A stretch of 49,554 nucleotides of DNA, counting the filler, from Catajapyx aquilonaris (taxonomy: Eukaryota): NCBI GenBank assembly GCA_000934665.2. It is 2 parts of 2 records of this genome, joined end to end, with 100 filler letters (N's around TTAATTAATTAA, not from the genome) between each part and the next. Parts side by side here need not be neighbours in the genome. Positions count along the whole stretch, not along the records: positions 24,819 to 49,554 come from JYFJ02005475.1; 1 more part is not named here. One strand, given 5' to 3'. Positions 24,819-34,811 of the stretch are shown here, one piece after another (positions within the stretch are counted from its first letter, which is position 1; each line of letters starts with the position of its first letter). Below the pieces are notes generated by a model. The model saw only the letters and a program-made list of their open reading frames with translations. It was not told where the DNA came from and searched no databases. The position numbers and the translations under genes are program-made.

Positions 24819-25161
24819 GCTGAACAAATGAAACTTTCCTATAAGGCAGGATTATTTCATAGATGAGGTGACTTTTTATGTGCATCATCAACAACAATGT
24901 GTGTTGTAAATACCCTTCATCTCCAGCTCCTACGGGATAGGGCAGCGGTTCCCAACCTTTTTTCACTTACGTACCCTCTGGCGGCCCATTCCCATAAATT
25001 GTACCCCTTATCCCTAATGGAGAATGTTTGTAATAAATACCTGCTACCTTATTTAAAATATAGGCTGTAACTGGAAATAAATTAATCAGTAATAGGATAA
25101 TAATGCAAAGCAACCATAAGATATACAAAGCATATATTTTTACATTCAAATTCAAATGATA

Positions 25162-26402
25162 CCGTCAAGCGGGGTTACTTAAGCCACTTTTCAATTTCGG
25201 ACATCTGCCAATTCAAGAGCATTGACTTTAGAGATTAACTAATTGTTGTAAAACATGGGTCTACAGTTACGGTCGACGTACACATGGATGAAAGTTTCCT
25301 ACGACATGTATGATAAAAACAAAGAAAAAAGAAGGGGTGGCTTAAGTTACCCCCCCCCCCNTTACCCCCCGATATGGGGTAACTTAAGCCAGCAGGAAGA
25401 ATTCAGTGTTTCGCTTATGTTAGACGATAACACGGTAACAAAGTCCGTTCACAGGGCGAAAATAAACATTTGCATATTGCTCCAGAAATTTATTATTCAA
25501 AATTTCAGTTCAATATAAGGGAAAGTATGGCGGCCTCTCTTTATGCTCACCGGCTGTACAGAACAAACAATATTGCTGATATGTGAACATACATTTCATC
25601 ATCAACAATGATCCCAACTAGGCAACTACTAGGGCTGTGCGATATCCGAAAAAATATCGAATCGAAGTCGATATATCGAAAATCGAAAAACCGTCATCGA
25701 AAACCGACATCGAAAAATATCGCAAACCGACATCGAACCGACATCGAAAAATATCGAAAACCGACATCGAACCGACATCGAAAAATATCGAAAACCGACA
25801 TCGAACCGACATCGAAAAATATCGAAAACCGACATCGTGATATTCGATACATCGCACACGCCAAGCGTCGGATATCGATATTAGGAAAATATCGTATCGA
25901 CAGGCGATGTATCGAAATATCGCACTGCCCTACTCCTGACCCCCAGAAGCTAATCCCCACACTTCCTGCCAGACTTGGAACTACGTCACCAGGTGGCCTA
26001 TGTTACCCCCTACATGACGCAACAATTAATTTTTAAGTATATATTGACACCAAAATGGAAATTTAAGCTATGCAGTATACCTACCTTAAAAGGACTGTTT
26101 CAGGTTATGTTTCATCATCTTTATAGCGAATTAAATTCAAACAGAAGATGTTGGCGATGAAAGTTACGTAAGGGTATAAATTTATGATGCAATTATCCTA
26201 AACATAATTAAGATTTTACAAAGTTACCTATGACACAAACACAATATTCAAATATGCAGTCCAAAACTGCACTAAAATATGGAACTTGTGTCATAAAAAA
26301 TAACATTTCAACTCAAAAGAGTGTTGCCAAAATCAGTGTCCGAAATTTACGCAGCAAAATAGCTTAAGTTACCCACCCGGCCTAAGTAACCCCGCTTGAC
26401 GG
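25162..26402. mobile_element. Tc1/mariner-pogo-type non-autonomous element nested in the hAT MITE
   Basis: TIR CCGTCAAGCGGGGTTACTTA / TAAGTAACCCCGCTTGACGG flanked by TA on both sides, with subterminal CTTAAGT(T)ACCC repeats. Confidence 0.87.
25630..25932. mobile_element. Small TIR element filled with CpG-rich ATATCG/ACCGACATCGA repeats (innermost of the nest)
   Basis: TIR TAGGGCTGTGCGATAT / ATATCGCACTGCCCTA (1 mismatch) around an internal tandem of ACCGACATCGAAAAATATCGAAA. The TSD is ambiguous: no 8-bp match, a 3-bp ACT is possible. Confidence 0.8.
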
Positions 26403-27979
26403 TACTTAAAGATTAACATATGTAATTATTATTAATAGTTAATATGCGCACACACTTCCATATATTTGGAATCTTGTTTCATGAATAACATAGCACACAG
26501 GAAATGTTCAATGAGATCCTTGACCTTGTTTTGAAGCACATAATTTCTTGAAATCTGACTGAACATATTTGCCAGGTGCAATATATTGATTAATCCGCCA
26601 TTGCTCCTTTTCTTTCGCGTACCCCTGACCATCCTGCGGCGTACCCCAGGTTGGGAACCGCTGGGATAGGGTAACAACTCCGGATATGATTGAGTGGGTT
26701 CGTTTTCAGACCGAAAACCATCTTTTTAATTTGCTGAGCAACAAATGAAGCTCATATCGAAACAAACTATGGTGAGACCAAAACTTTCAAAGACATTTCT
26801 TAACATTTCAAAACTTAAATCATTTAGATATGTCTACAAGTTTTTGATTTATAGGGTTTTAGAATTGGGACATTCTTTTTCGATGACCCTGTATTATTGT
26901 ATCCCTGTTATTGAAATATCATATAAACAAGCTTGCAAAAGATTGTTTAGGATGGTGCTATGGAACGAGCCATGGCCTCTTCATTTGGGAGGTTTTTTTC
27001 CAGCCTGTCCAACTTATCCATTCAGTAATGTTTTTGGCTTCTACTCATCTTGTGAATCTCATTGTGCTCTAACAAACATACTCCTTTCCCTATTAGGCTT
27101 GCATTCCATCACCTGCCAGATGAAGCACACTGAGGATTTTTTGCATATTTTAGTGGGAATGGCCTACACGCAGGTTCAAAACATGTGGTAGTCCAGATAC
27201 ACCTTCTTTTCTCATGACCATTTTCCCTCTTGATACAAACCAAATGTTTGGGAAAAGAAAGTCTTGCAAGGACCAGTTTCAATCTAGAGTTGTTATAACA
27301 GTGTAAAGTACAAGAAAAGAGACACCTTGATGAGTTATGAAATACACTGAATAGAACAGGAATGGAAATATTACCCTAAAATCATTGTCAATTGAAGGCT
27401 TTATTGTCCCAACATCTGGCAGGGCTTGTGGTGGGGAGTGGTATGCTAATGAAAAATTATGAATTTGGACTAGCACAGCTTTTGAGCCTGACTATGACCC
27501 AGTTGCCCTTATCCTAATTACGAGGCACATGTCACTTTGTAAGTGACATGCTTCTGATTACTCTTGCTGACCCTACATAGTGCCTTATTAGTATACAGAT
27601 GTTTGAATAATATTATTAGGATAGATAACAGGTTGTCTCATGCACCCTAAAAACTAGCATCAGTTAATACATGCTGCTGCAAATGAAAAATGTTGGCATT
27701 AATCTTATTCCTGTGAGTGCAACTTCCAAAAATCACTTTGATCCTACAAAAATTCTGTATCTGTATATACAGGGTGAAGGGAAACTCGTGGACAATCACC
27801 AGGTAAACTGATAGTACTCATAAAACTAATATAGGGATGTGCAATTAGTCTTGGGCTCCATTGCATAGTTAATGCGTACGGCGCCGTCAAAGTTTCGTGA
27901 CGTCACATCCGTTCTGCCAACTTAAAAGAAGCAAAAGTCAGTTCGAGGGCCTCTGGTCCCTTGCCTTGGTCCCCTAACA

Positions 27980-28252
27980 CAGTGGTTTCCAACCTTTTAC
28001 CAACTGCGACCCCCTAAACATGTTTCCATAAATGTGCGACCCCCCCAGGCCCCTGCTACAACTGACCCATTTCCAGAAAACATACACTCTGCACGGCCAC
28101 AAAAATGTTTCAATTTACACAGAAATTGCAAANTTCCAGAAAACATACACTCTGCACGGCCACAAAAATGTTTCAATTTACACAGAAATTGCAAAAAAAA
28201 AAAAATCAACAAAGGCTCGCAACCCCCGCGACCCCCAGGTTGGAAACCACTG
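27980..28252. mobile_element. hAT-family MITE nested in the mariner-type MITE
   Basis: TIR CAGTGGTTTCCAACC / GGTTGGAAACCACTG, perfect 8-bp TSD CCCTAACA (27972-27979 and 28253-28260), subterminal GCGACCCC repeats. Confidence 0.9.
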
Positions 28253-28326
28253 CCCTAACACAATAATAATTGTTGGGTATAGTGCTCACCTTATCGGTAT
28301 CAGCACAGACCTTTATTTGAATTAGT

Positions 28327-28584
28327 TGTACAGTACATTGTAACACGCCCGGGCCCACGGGCAGGATGACAGGAGGGGATGTGCAAGTGCAGTGCGGTAA
28401 CGGTGCTTGGTCGTTTTGTGAACTCCCCCGGGTGGTTTAGTCTGTGGATATACCACCCGAGACGAAGCCAGAGACGACCCCAGAACTCTGCACGAGATGA
28501 AGGGGGTGTCCCCGGGCTGGGATCGAACCCGGGACCTTAACATCCGTGGGCCCACGGGTTACCGCGGCGCCACTCCGTCTCCCC
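28327..28584 (-). mobile_element. tRNA-derived SINE
   Basis: The minus strand starts GGGGAGACGGAGTGGCGCCGCGGT (A-box-like) ... GGTTCGATCCC (B box) at tRNA-like spacing, followed by a non-tRNA body and a simple tail. The 3' boundary is approximate. Confidence 0.78.
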
Positions 28585-29492
28585 TTAAGAAAATGTCACT
28601 ATAATCACTGTAATGACTGTAATTATGAGGTTAAAGTGATATAAAACTAGTTAAAGAATAGTTTTAAAAAAGCGCGAGGCGTATAAACAGGTAAAACGAC
28701 TGCAAAGTCATATGCGCAGGCCACATGAGTACCACTTGGCATGGCTTGAAGTACCACCAGTGGTACGCGTACCACAGTTTGAGAACCGCAATAGGCAATG
28801 AAATCCCGTCACCGTCAGAGTAAGAATCCGGGTATGACACCCATGCACTTTGTCATTTTTACCATCTGGCCCTCTACACTTTAAAGGTGCCATACTCATT
28901 AACTACACAACAGAGCCAAAAACTAATTGCACATACCTACATTAGTTTTGCGAGTACTATAAGTTTACCTGGCGATTGTCGGCGAGTTTCCCTTCACCCT
29001 GTATAACTCAACTTGCAGCTGTCAAAAGTAGTCAATTGACCAAAATGATCCTTCACTTTTCATGACTATCATAGAGAGGCAAACTGGGTGACATAAATAA
29101 TAATTTATTCATAAGTTGCATTACGGGAATATCAGATTACCATTCAATGGCACAGGTCTGCTAAAGTAGGGTGCACTCCTGTTGGCCCAATGATGCTTAG
29201 ATTGGCAGGGACAATATTATTTTATATACAATGTCTGTAGAGCTCTGAAGTATTTTGAGAATGTATTGAGCATCTTCTACTGTAGATCTCTTATGATTAT
29301 GTGTAACTTGACCCTTCCATTTCTAAGTTATACCACTGGAAAATGCTGAGCTTCTTAACTCGCTTTTTGGAGGAGTTGATCACAGCAGCCTGCTCTTTAA
29401 TGCTATACCATTTACAGTACTTGCATGCAGGACAAATGACAGTCAGTTTATTGAAAAACATTCGGTTTTTTATTACACTGTTTTCTTTTCAG

Positions 29493-29525
29493 TGCATTTG
29501 CATGGGAAATCATCCAAAGGCAAAG
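29493..29525 (+). CDS. Probable 33-nt symmetric micro-exon of the zinc-finger gene (xHLHGKSSKGK)
   Basis: Strong acceptor ttttcttttcAG and donor AAG|GTAAGA. Phase 1 to 1, so it splices in frame onto the exon at 34812 (G+AT = Asp, then IAEVLREFQC). Confidence 0.55.
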
Positions 29526-30751
29526 GTAAGACGCTGTTGTCAATTTGTCCTTAGTTTATTGGAATCCTGGGTGCGTGTTGGTGACAGTCAACTTGTCGTG
29601 CAGTAGATGGAGTTCTTTATTTGGTTTTTAATTATTAATAGTAATGCCCCTTTGCCTTAGCATTTGCTCAGTATGAACACTAATGCAGCAGAGGGTCAAG
29701 CACCACTAATTTCACTTTTGGGTGATTTCCTCATTTTATGTAGGCATTAATTTCTTTCCTATTCGTTATTATTATACTAGCAAAACAGATGGACATAATC
29801 TTTTTTGGCATTATTATTATCTCTGAACACGATTGGCATTCCTTTGTTGAGCACCGTTGTTATCAAAAGGTGAGATTATAATAGGATTAGTCCTGATATT
29901 TACAATGTGTGTTTTATCATCACTTATTGCCTTGTAATTTTACACTTTTGGTTGCCTTCATACCCTCGTTTTTGTGGCCTGTTGTTTATTCACATTTTTG
30001 GCATGAACTTTTTTGGGTCTGTGTAAATGATGTTCCTGTAACTTAGTGGTTTCAATGGTATGTATAGTTCAGTTTCTAGATGAAAACAATTTATTATATC
30101 CAAACTTTATTCAGTATGATTATTACCAATGCTGAGAGAGCGACAAACAACACTTAACATGAAATCATGTAATATTTTTATTATTATTACAGCCTATACT
30201 CATACTGCTCTAACCAAGCCTATAATATATTTAATCCTTATGCAAGGTGCAGATTTTTAAAAAATTCTTGAAATTGCGCAGGGATCAAGAAAAATATTTT
30301 ATTCTCTTAAAGGGCACAGATTTTTTTACAGAGGTTCTACATTTATGGATCAATATCAATTGAATAACTCAATTAAAAAACACTTGGTTTCTTGAAACCC
30401 TGCCTAACTCCATTCACGTTAATCCATTGTTCCCAAACAATTCATCTGTCATTTGCTGGTTTCTAACATCTACATGACATTAAGGACTTTCATTCATTTT
30501 CCAGATATTCACTAATAGATTAATTATTATGAATAAAATATATTCAGTAGCATAAATAGCATTTATTGATTCAGCAATCTTAAATTTCATCTGTCAAATT
30601 CATGTTTTCATAATTATGTGCTATTTTCCTAGTTCTCATGTGATACCAGTTGCAGTAAACTGAATTTGTTTGGATAGGCTGTGATGTTGGTTTGGTGTGG
30701 TACAGTACCTTTCTTCCAAATCACATTGCCTCTTCACCTCAGAGATGTCAC

Positions 30752-30821
30752 GGGATGAGAATTACAAGGTTGTAACTGCAATGAAAATCCTATGTAGTTA
30801 CAACCTTGTAATTCTCATCCC
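30752..30821. repeat. Short inverted repeat (29-bp arms, 12-nt loop)
   Basis: GGGATGAGAATTACAAGGTTGTAACTGCA ... TGTAGTTACAACCTTGTAATTCTCATCCC, with one G-T pair. Confidence 0.85.
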
Positions 30822-31480
30822 ACGATGTGTTGATTTATACTGGTTTGACTCACTCTTAACATAATTATGAGAGTACAGTTATTACTGAATAAGCATATAA
30901 GTAATGTGAAGAATTTTGCCTGAAATATTGTCTTCATATTTTACATTTTGCTCTGGCCTGACTAACCATAAGGTAATGAAAGTAAGTGAAACCTGTGGGA
31001 GTTGGACCCATAAGTTTAATATTTAATTAGTCCCGCATAGCATCACCAGAGGAAATTGAAAGGCTTTTCCCTGGAATACTAAAGAAATGAAATACCATCC
31101 ATGAGCTATAACAGACTGTGTATTTGGCAACTCTCTTGCCTACGGGCATCCAAGGCATTTTCAATTTTTTCAGAAGTTATGTAAAAGCAACAATGTTTTA
31201 CATAGAAATACAATCAGCAGTTTAATGTAATATGTGTCACTTAAAACACTTGATTTCTATCAAATTATTATTCTTATATTGAAGTTTGGTTGCACCGCTA
31301 AAGGTGGCAACTGAATACTTATTGAGATTTATCCTTTTCTTTTGCTGTTGGCAATAATAAAGCTTACTGTTACCAACACTGAATAAGGAAGAAAAATCCT
31401 TGGTTGACAATCTTACCTTCAGTAGTGCAACCTAGTGAGAGAAACGGCTTGCAAGTGTCATTCTTTTAAAAATACCCTTA

Positions 31481-31602
31481 GGGCCTGTTTCACCGAGCTC
31501 GGTATATGATAAAACCAGGTTTCTTTTAGGAAAACCCATACAAATATGTAGGGATTTTCCGAAAGAACCCTGGTTTTATACCGAGCTTGGTGAAACTGGC
31601 CC
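31481..31602. mobile_element. Tourist-like (PIF/Harbinger) palindromic MITE
   Basis: GGGCCTGTTTCACCGAGCTCGGTATA ... TATACCGAGCTTGGTGAAACTGGCCC, with TTA on the left and GTA on the right. Confidence 0.8.
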
Positions 31603-31874
31603 GTAGAGAATGTAAATACTATGGCTGGATGCTCTGAAAATGTAGCACATATTATTTTGTAAAACTCCTCGTGGCAAGTGATCCTTTTTGAGGCAAGTCA
31701 GTTGGCCATAGTTCATATCAATTCAACTGATTGATTTGCCATTTAATGGTGCAGCAGCACAAATGGCTATATTGTGCCAGCACTTTAATTTGACATTATA
31801 ATGTGCACAAAAAATGTGGAAGTAGGGTGGAGCTAATCACTGGTCTAGACATATTAACAGTACCGGGAGTACAC

Positions 31875-32785
31875 TACATCCTCGTTCAGTTTCCACTTAA
31901 AAATGGATCATTCCCCCACTTATAATACGATTTTTCCACACAAAGCCACCCTAATTTTCGTTTAAAAAGTGGAAAAAAAAATCCCACTTATTTAAGTATA
32001 CGTGAGGCTGCTTTTTCCACTTTAATATGCCATCATATCCACATAAAATAAGCGGAATTCGATTTTTCACTTTTTCAATGGAATTTAGGGTGGTTTTAAG
32101 TGAAAATCCGTATACAGTAAAACTTCTATAAGTCGAATCTCCATGGGACCGGGAAAAAACTTCGAGTTATAGAAGATTCGAGTTAGAGAAGTTTGGAATA
32201 TTTTAAGCACATAACTCTATAAGGAAGCCTAACTTTATATCCAGCGACGAAAGGTGTTCAAAACTTGAAAATAACTCACTATCACACTTACAAAGGTCCT
32301 CGTTGTTTTGTTGTAAAAAGATCTCTGTTATGGACATTTGCCTACTCTTAGATTCAAGGATTCAATTGTCACAATCGAGTCAAGCACTTCTTTTGGTATG
32401 TCTGGTAGACGGAGATCATGAAATTGAGCCTTTCTGTGCATGTGGCCTACTCTCGACCCTTCGGCTGGGAAATGAGAACATTTTCCGTACTCGCCAACGT
32501 GAACTTCGACTTAGGGAGACTCAAAATGCATTGATATCCCATCGTAAGGCCCTGCCTGGACTTCGAGTTATGGAGAACTTTGAGTTGTAGAAATTCGAGT
32601 TAGGGAAGTTTATTTCCCATTATTTTACATTGTGACCAACCAAGCTCATTAATTTCTTCGACTTAATAGAGAACTTTGACTGTATTTCCATAAATATCAT
32701 AAATATTTTTCCACCTACTACTGTATTAGTGGAAAAATGATCAATTTTTTCTACTCAATATGAGGGAAAACTGAATGAGAATGTA
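31875..32785. mobile_element. Old degenerate TIR element interrupted by a pogo/Tigger-like MITE
   Basis: Imperfect ends TACATCCTCGTTCAGTTTCC / GGAAAACTGAATGAGAATGTA and internal TTTTCCAC repeats. Confidence 0.5.
32115..32682. mobile_element. pogo/Tigger-like MITE
   Basis: TA|CAGTAAAACTTCTATAAGTCGAA ... TTCGACTTAATAGAGAACTTTGACTG|TA, with multiple subterminal TTCGAGTTA/TTCGACTTA repeats. Confidence 0.8.
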
Positions 32786-33807
32786 CATTGTACAGTATAG
32801 AAGAACAGTTGTGAACAGATGAGTTAGCAATGAAGGGTAGCAGCAAGAAATTAATGTTGGAGAGGTTTGGAAGAAGCCATAACGATTTCAGTTAACTCCA
32901 GTCAATAATAACTGCTCTCCTATATTCATGTAATGTCATCTTGCTTGACTGCATAATTTATATTGATTCCCTATGAGGCATTCCACTTCAAGTGGGCTAC
33001 CCATTGCATGACCTCCTCCGATTTTGACCAAATTCGATTATATTGTAGTGGTCATACATGAGTGTACAGTCGGCTAAAGGATTACCTTTCCACACCAGGC
33101 TGAGAAATTAGCCTGCAACAGAGGTGCTACCTAGGGGAGTGCGAGTCATTGCATCAGGGGGAGGTAGTTTAAAGCAGATGATGAGCCATACAGTAGACTT
33201 GTGTACCAACTGTAAATACTTGTTGTACAAGTACAGTATAGTATAGTTACTATACAAGTAAGTATATACTTGTGTACCAGCTGTGACATGAGGTGAAGCA
33301 ATGAAGAAAAAGAGAGGCTACTCATAGCCTCACGATGCAAGAGATTGTTATGTAATCACATAAAATTGGGTCCATATAATCTAAGCATAAACTACCTATA
33401 AAGGGATGCCTAGATCCTCTTAGCAGCGAGTGGTGCTGCTGGACATATGTGTTGCACTTGCTCCTGCATTAACCACACCATGTACGTGTATTCTTTTTCG
33501 GATGGTTACTTTGGCTTCCATTTTTCTCGCCATTCTGGGTAGGCTTATTGGTCACTTGACTTTGCAGCATATGATCCTGAATTAATTTCTGCTGCTTATT
33601 GCACTTTAAGTTTACTCCACCTCCAATACATACACTAAAAGAATTTGGACAATAATAATTTGTAACAATACATCATGGCATATTTTGCATATTCAGTAGG
33701 CCTATAATGTTCTGACCTTACACAAATCTAAAGTACTACTAAGCAGAGTCAGTTTAGTTTATTTTGACCCAGAAATTCACTGTTGCGCAGCAAAAGAACA
33801 TATTTAA

Positions 33808-34091
33808 CCCTGGAATCGTGACGCGCCTGAAAGTGACGTTAACAGTGACGTGGGGTCTTTTAGGACCCCATGCCATATTTTAATTTTTAGAAATTTTTAT
33901 ATAATACTTTTCAATGTATTGACTATATGCATTAATTCTTTGAACAATGCCTAATATGATCGCTAATTTAAAATAAACATGCACTTTCTGTTATGTACTT
34001 TTTTTAAATGGCAACAGTTCATTTTCATTTTAATTTTACTGCATTTTAATGCCTTTGGGGTCCTAAAAGACCCCACGTCATGGTTCCAGGG
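33808..34091. mobile_element. piggyBac-type MITE
   Basis: TTAA|CCCTGGAA...TTCCAGGG|TTAA with an internal inverted repeat TGACGTGGGGTCTTTTAGGACCCCA / TGGGGTCCTAAAAGACCCCACGTCA. Confidence 0.9.
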
Positions 34092-34811
34092 TTAACAAGT
34101 ATGCCACTCTGGAGGAAGGAAGCTGATGCCACATTCGATGCTTCAAGAAATCTATTATTATTTGCTCAGTAATGTTCCTAGTGGTTCTGGCTGGACTAGG
34201 GCACATTAGCAATGGGAAAATATGAAGAATGATTTAATTTGTGTGATAATGCAAAGAGTACATGTCTGGTGATAAATTATGTAAGTCGATTTGTCATTTT
34301 TTCAAGCTTTAAATTATTATATCTCTGAATCCCCTCTGAATTACCTGTTTGCAGTTTTTATCAAACTCTTATCATCATCAGACATTTCAGAGTAGGCTAA
34401 TGTCAACATGATGAAAATGTTCCAGTTTCTATGCAGTCACTGTCCATAAGATAGTTTTCTAATAATAATCACATAACGTAGGTAAAGTTTCACATACGTA
34501 CTAGAGAAGAAAAAGTAGTAATCATTTTCAGGTAAGTTGAGGGGTAATGTGATTTACTGAGTTTTTAGTCACATAGCCTATATGAAAGTAATGCAAAATG
34601 TAGTGCCTTTATGTGAGTGCTTATAATAAAGAGCATTTGTCTGTACTTACTAGTGTTGTTTAATAAGTACTCTTGTGTTATCATGATCATGCGAGAGAGC
34701 ACATTCTCAGGAAAATGGTCAGAATTAGCTGTAAATTTATTTTTACAATGTGTTGCAGAGGGTCCAATGTAATGCATTTACATACAATTAATGCCATTCC
34801 ACATTTTACAG

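Larger units (their letters stand above)
24943..26663. mobile_element. hAT-family MITE (outer element of a triple nest)
   Basis: TIR CAGCGGTTCCCAACC / GGTTGGGAACCGCTG with a perfect 8-bp TSD GGATAGGG (24935-24942 and 26664-26671). Confidence 0.9.
27770..29001. mobile_element. Tc1/mariner-type MITE carrying two nested insertions
   Basis: Imperfect TIR of about 65 bp, CAGGGTGAAGGGAAACTCG...CCAGGTAAACT..TAGTACTC..AAAACTAAT, and its reverse complement ending ...CCCTTCACCCTG. TA on both flanks. Confidence 0.88.

Noticed and set aside
25608..26036. Repetitive Lys/Arg-rich ORFs on both strands
   Set aside because: By-products of the stop-poor internal repeats of the MITE.
28071..28195. Exact direct duplication of about 62 bp separated by a single N (similar small case at about 12120-12140)
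   Set aside because: Typical unmerged contig overlap; probably an assembly artefact rather than a tandem repeat.
28505..28584. tRNA gene on the minus strand
   Set aside because: A/B boxes are present but there is no convincing acceptor or anticodon stem, and it continues into a SINE-like body.
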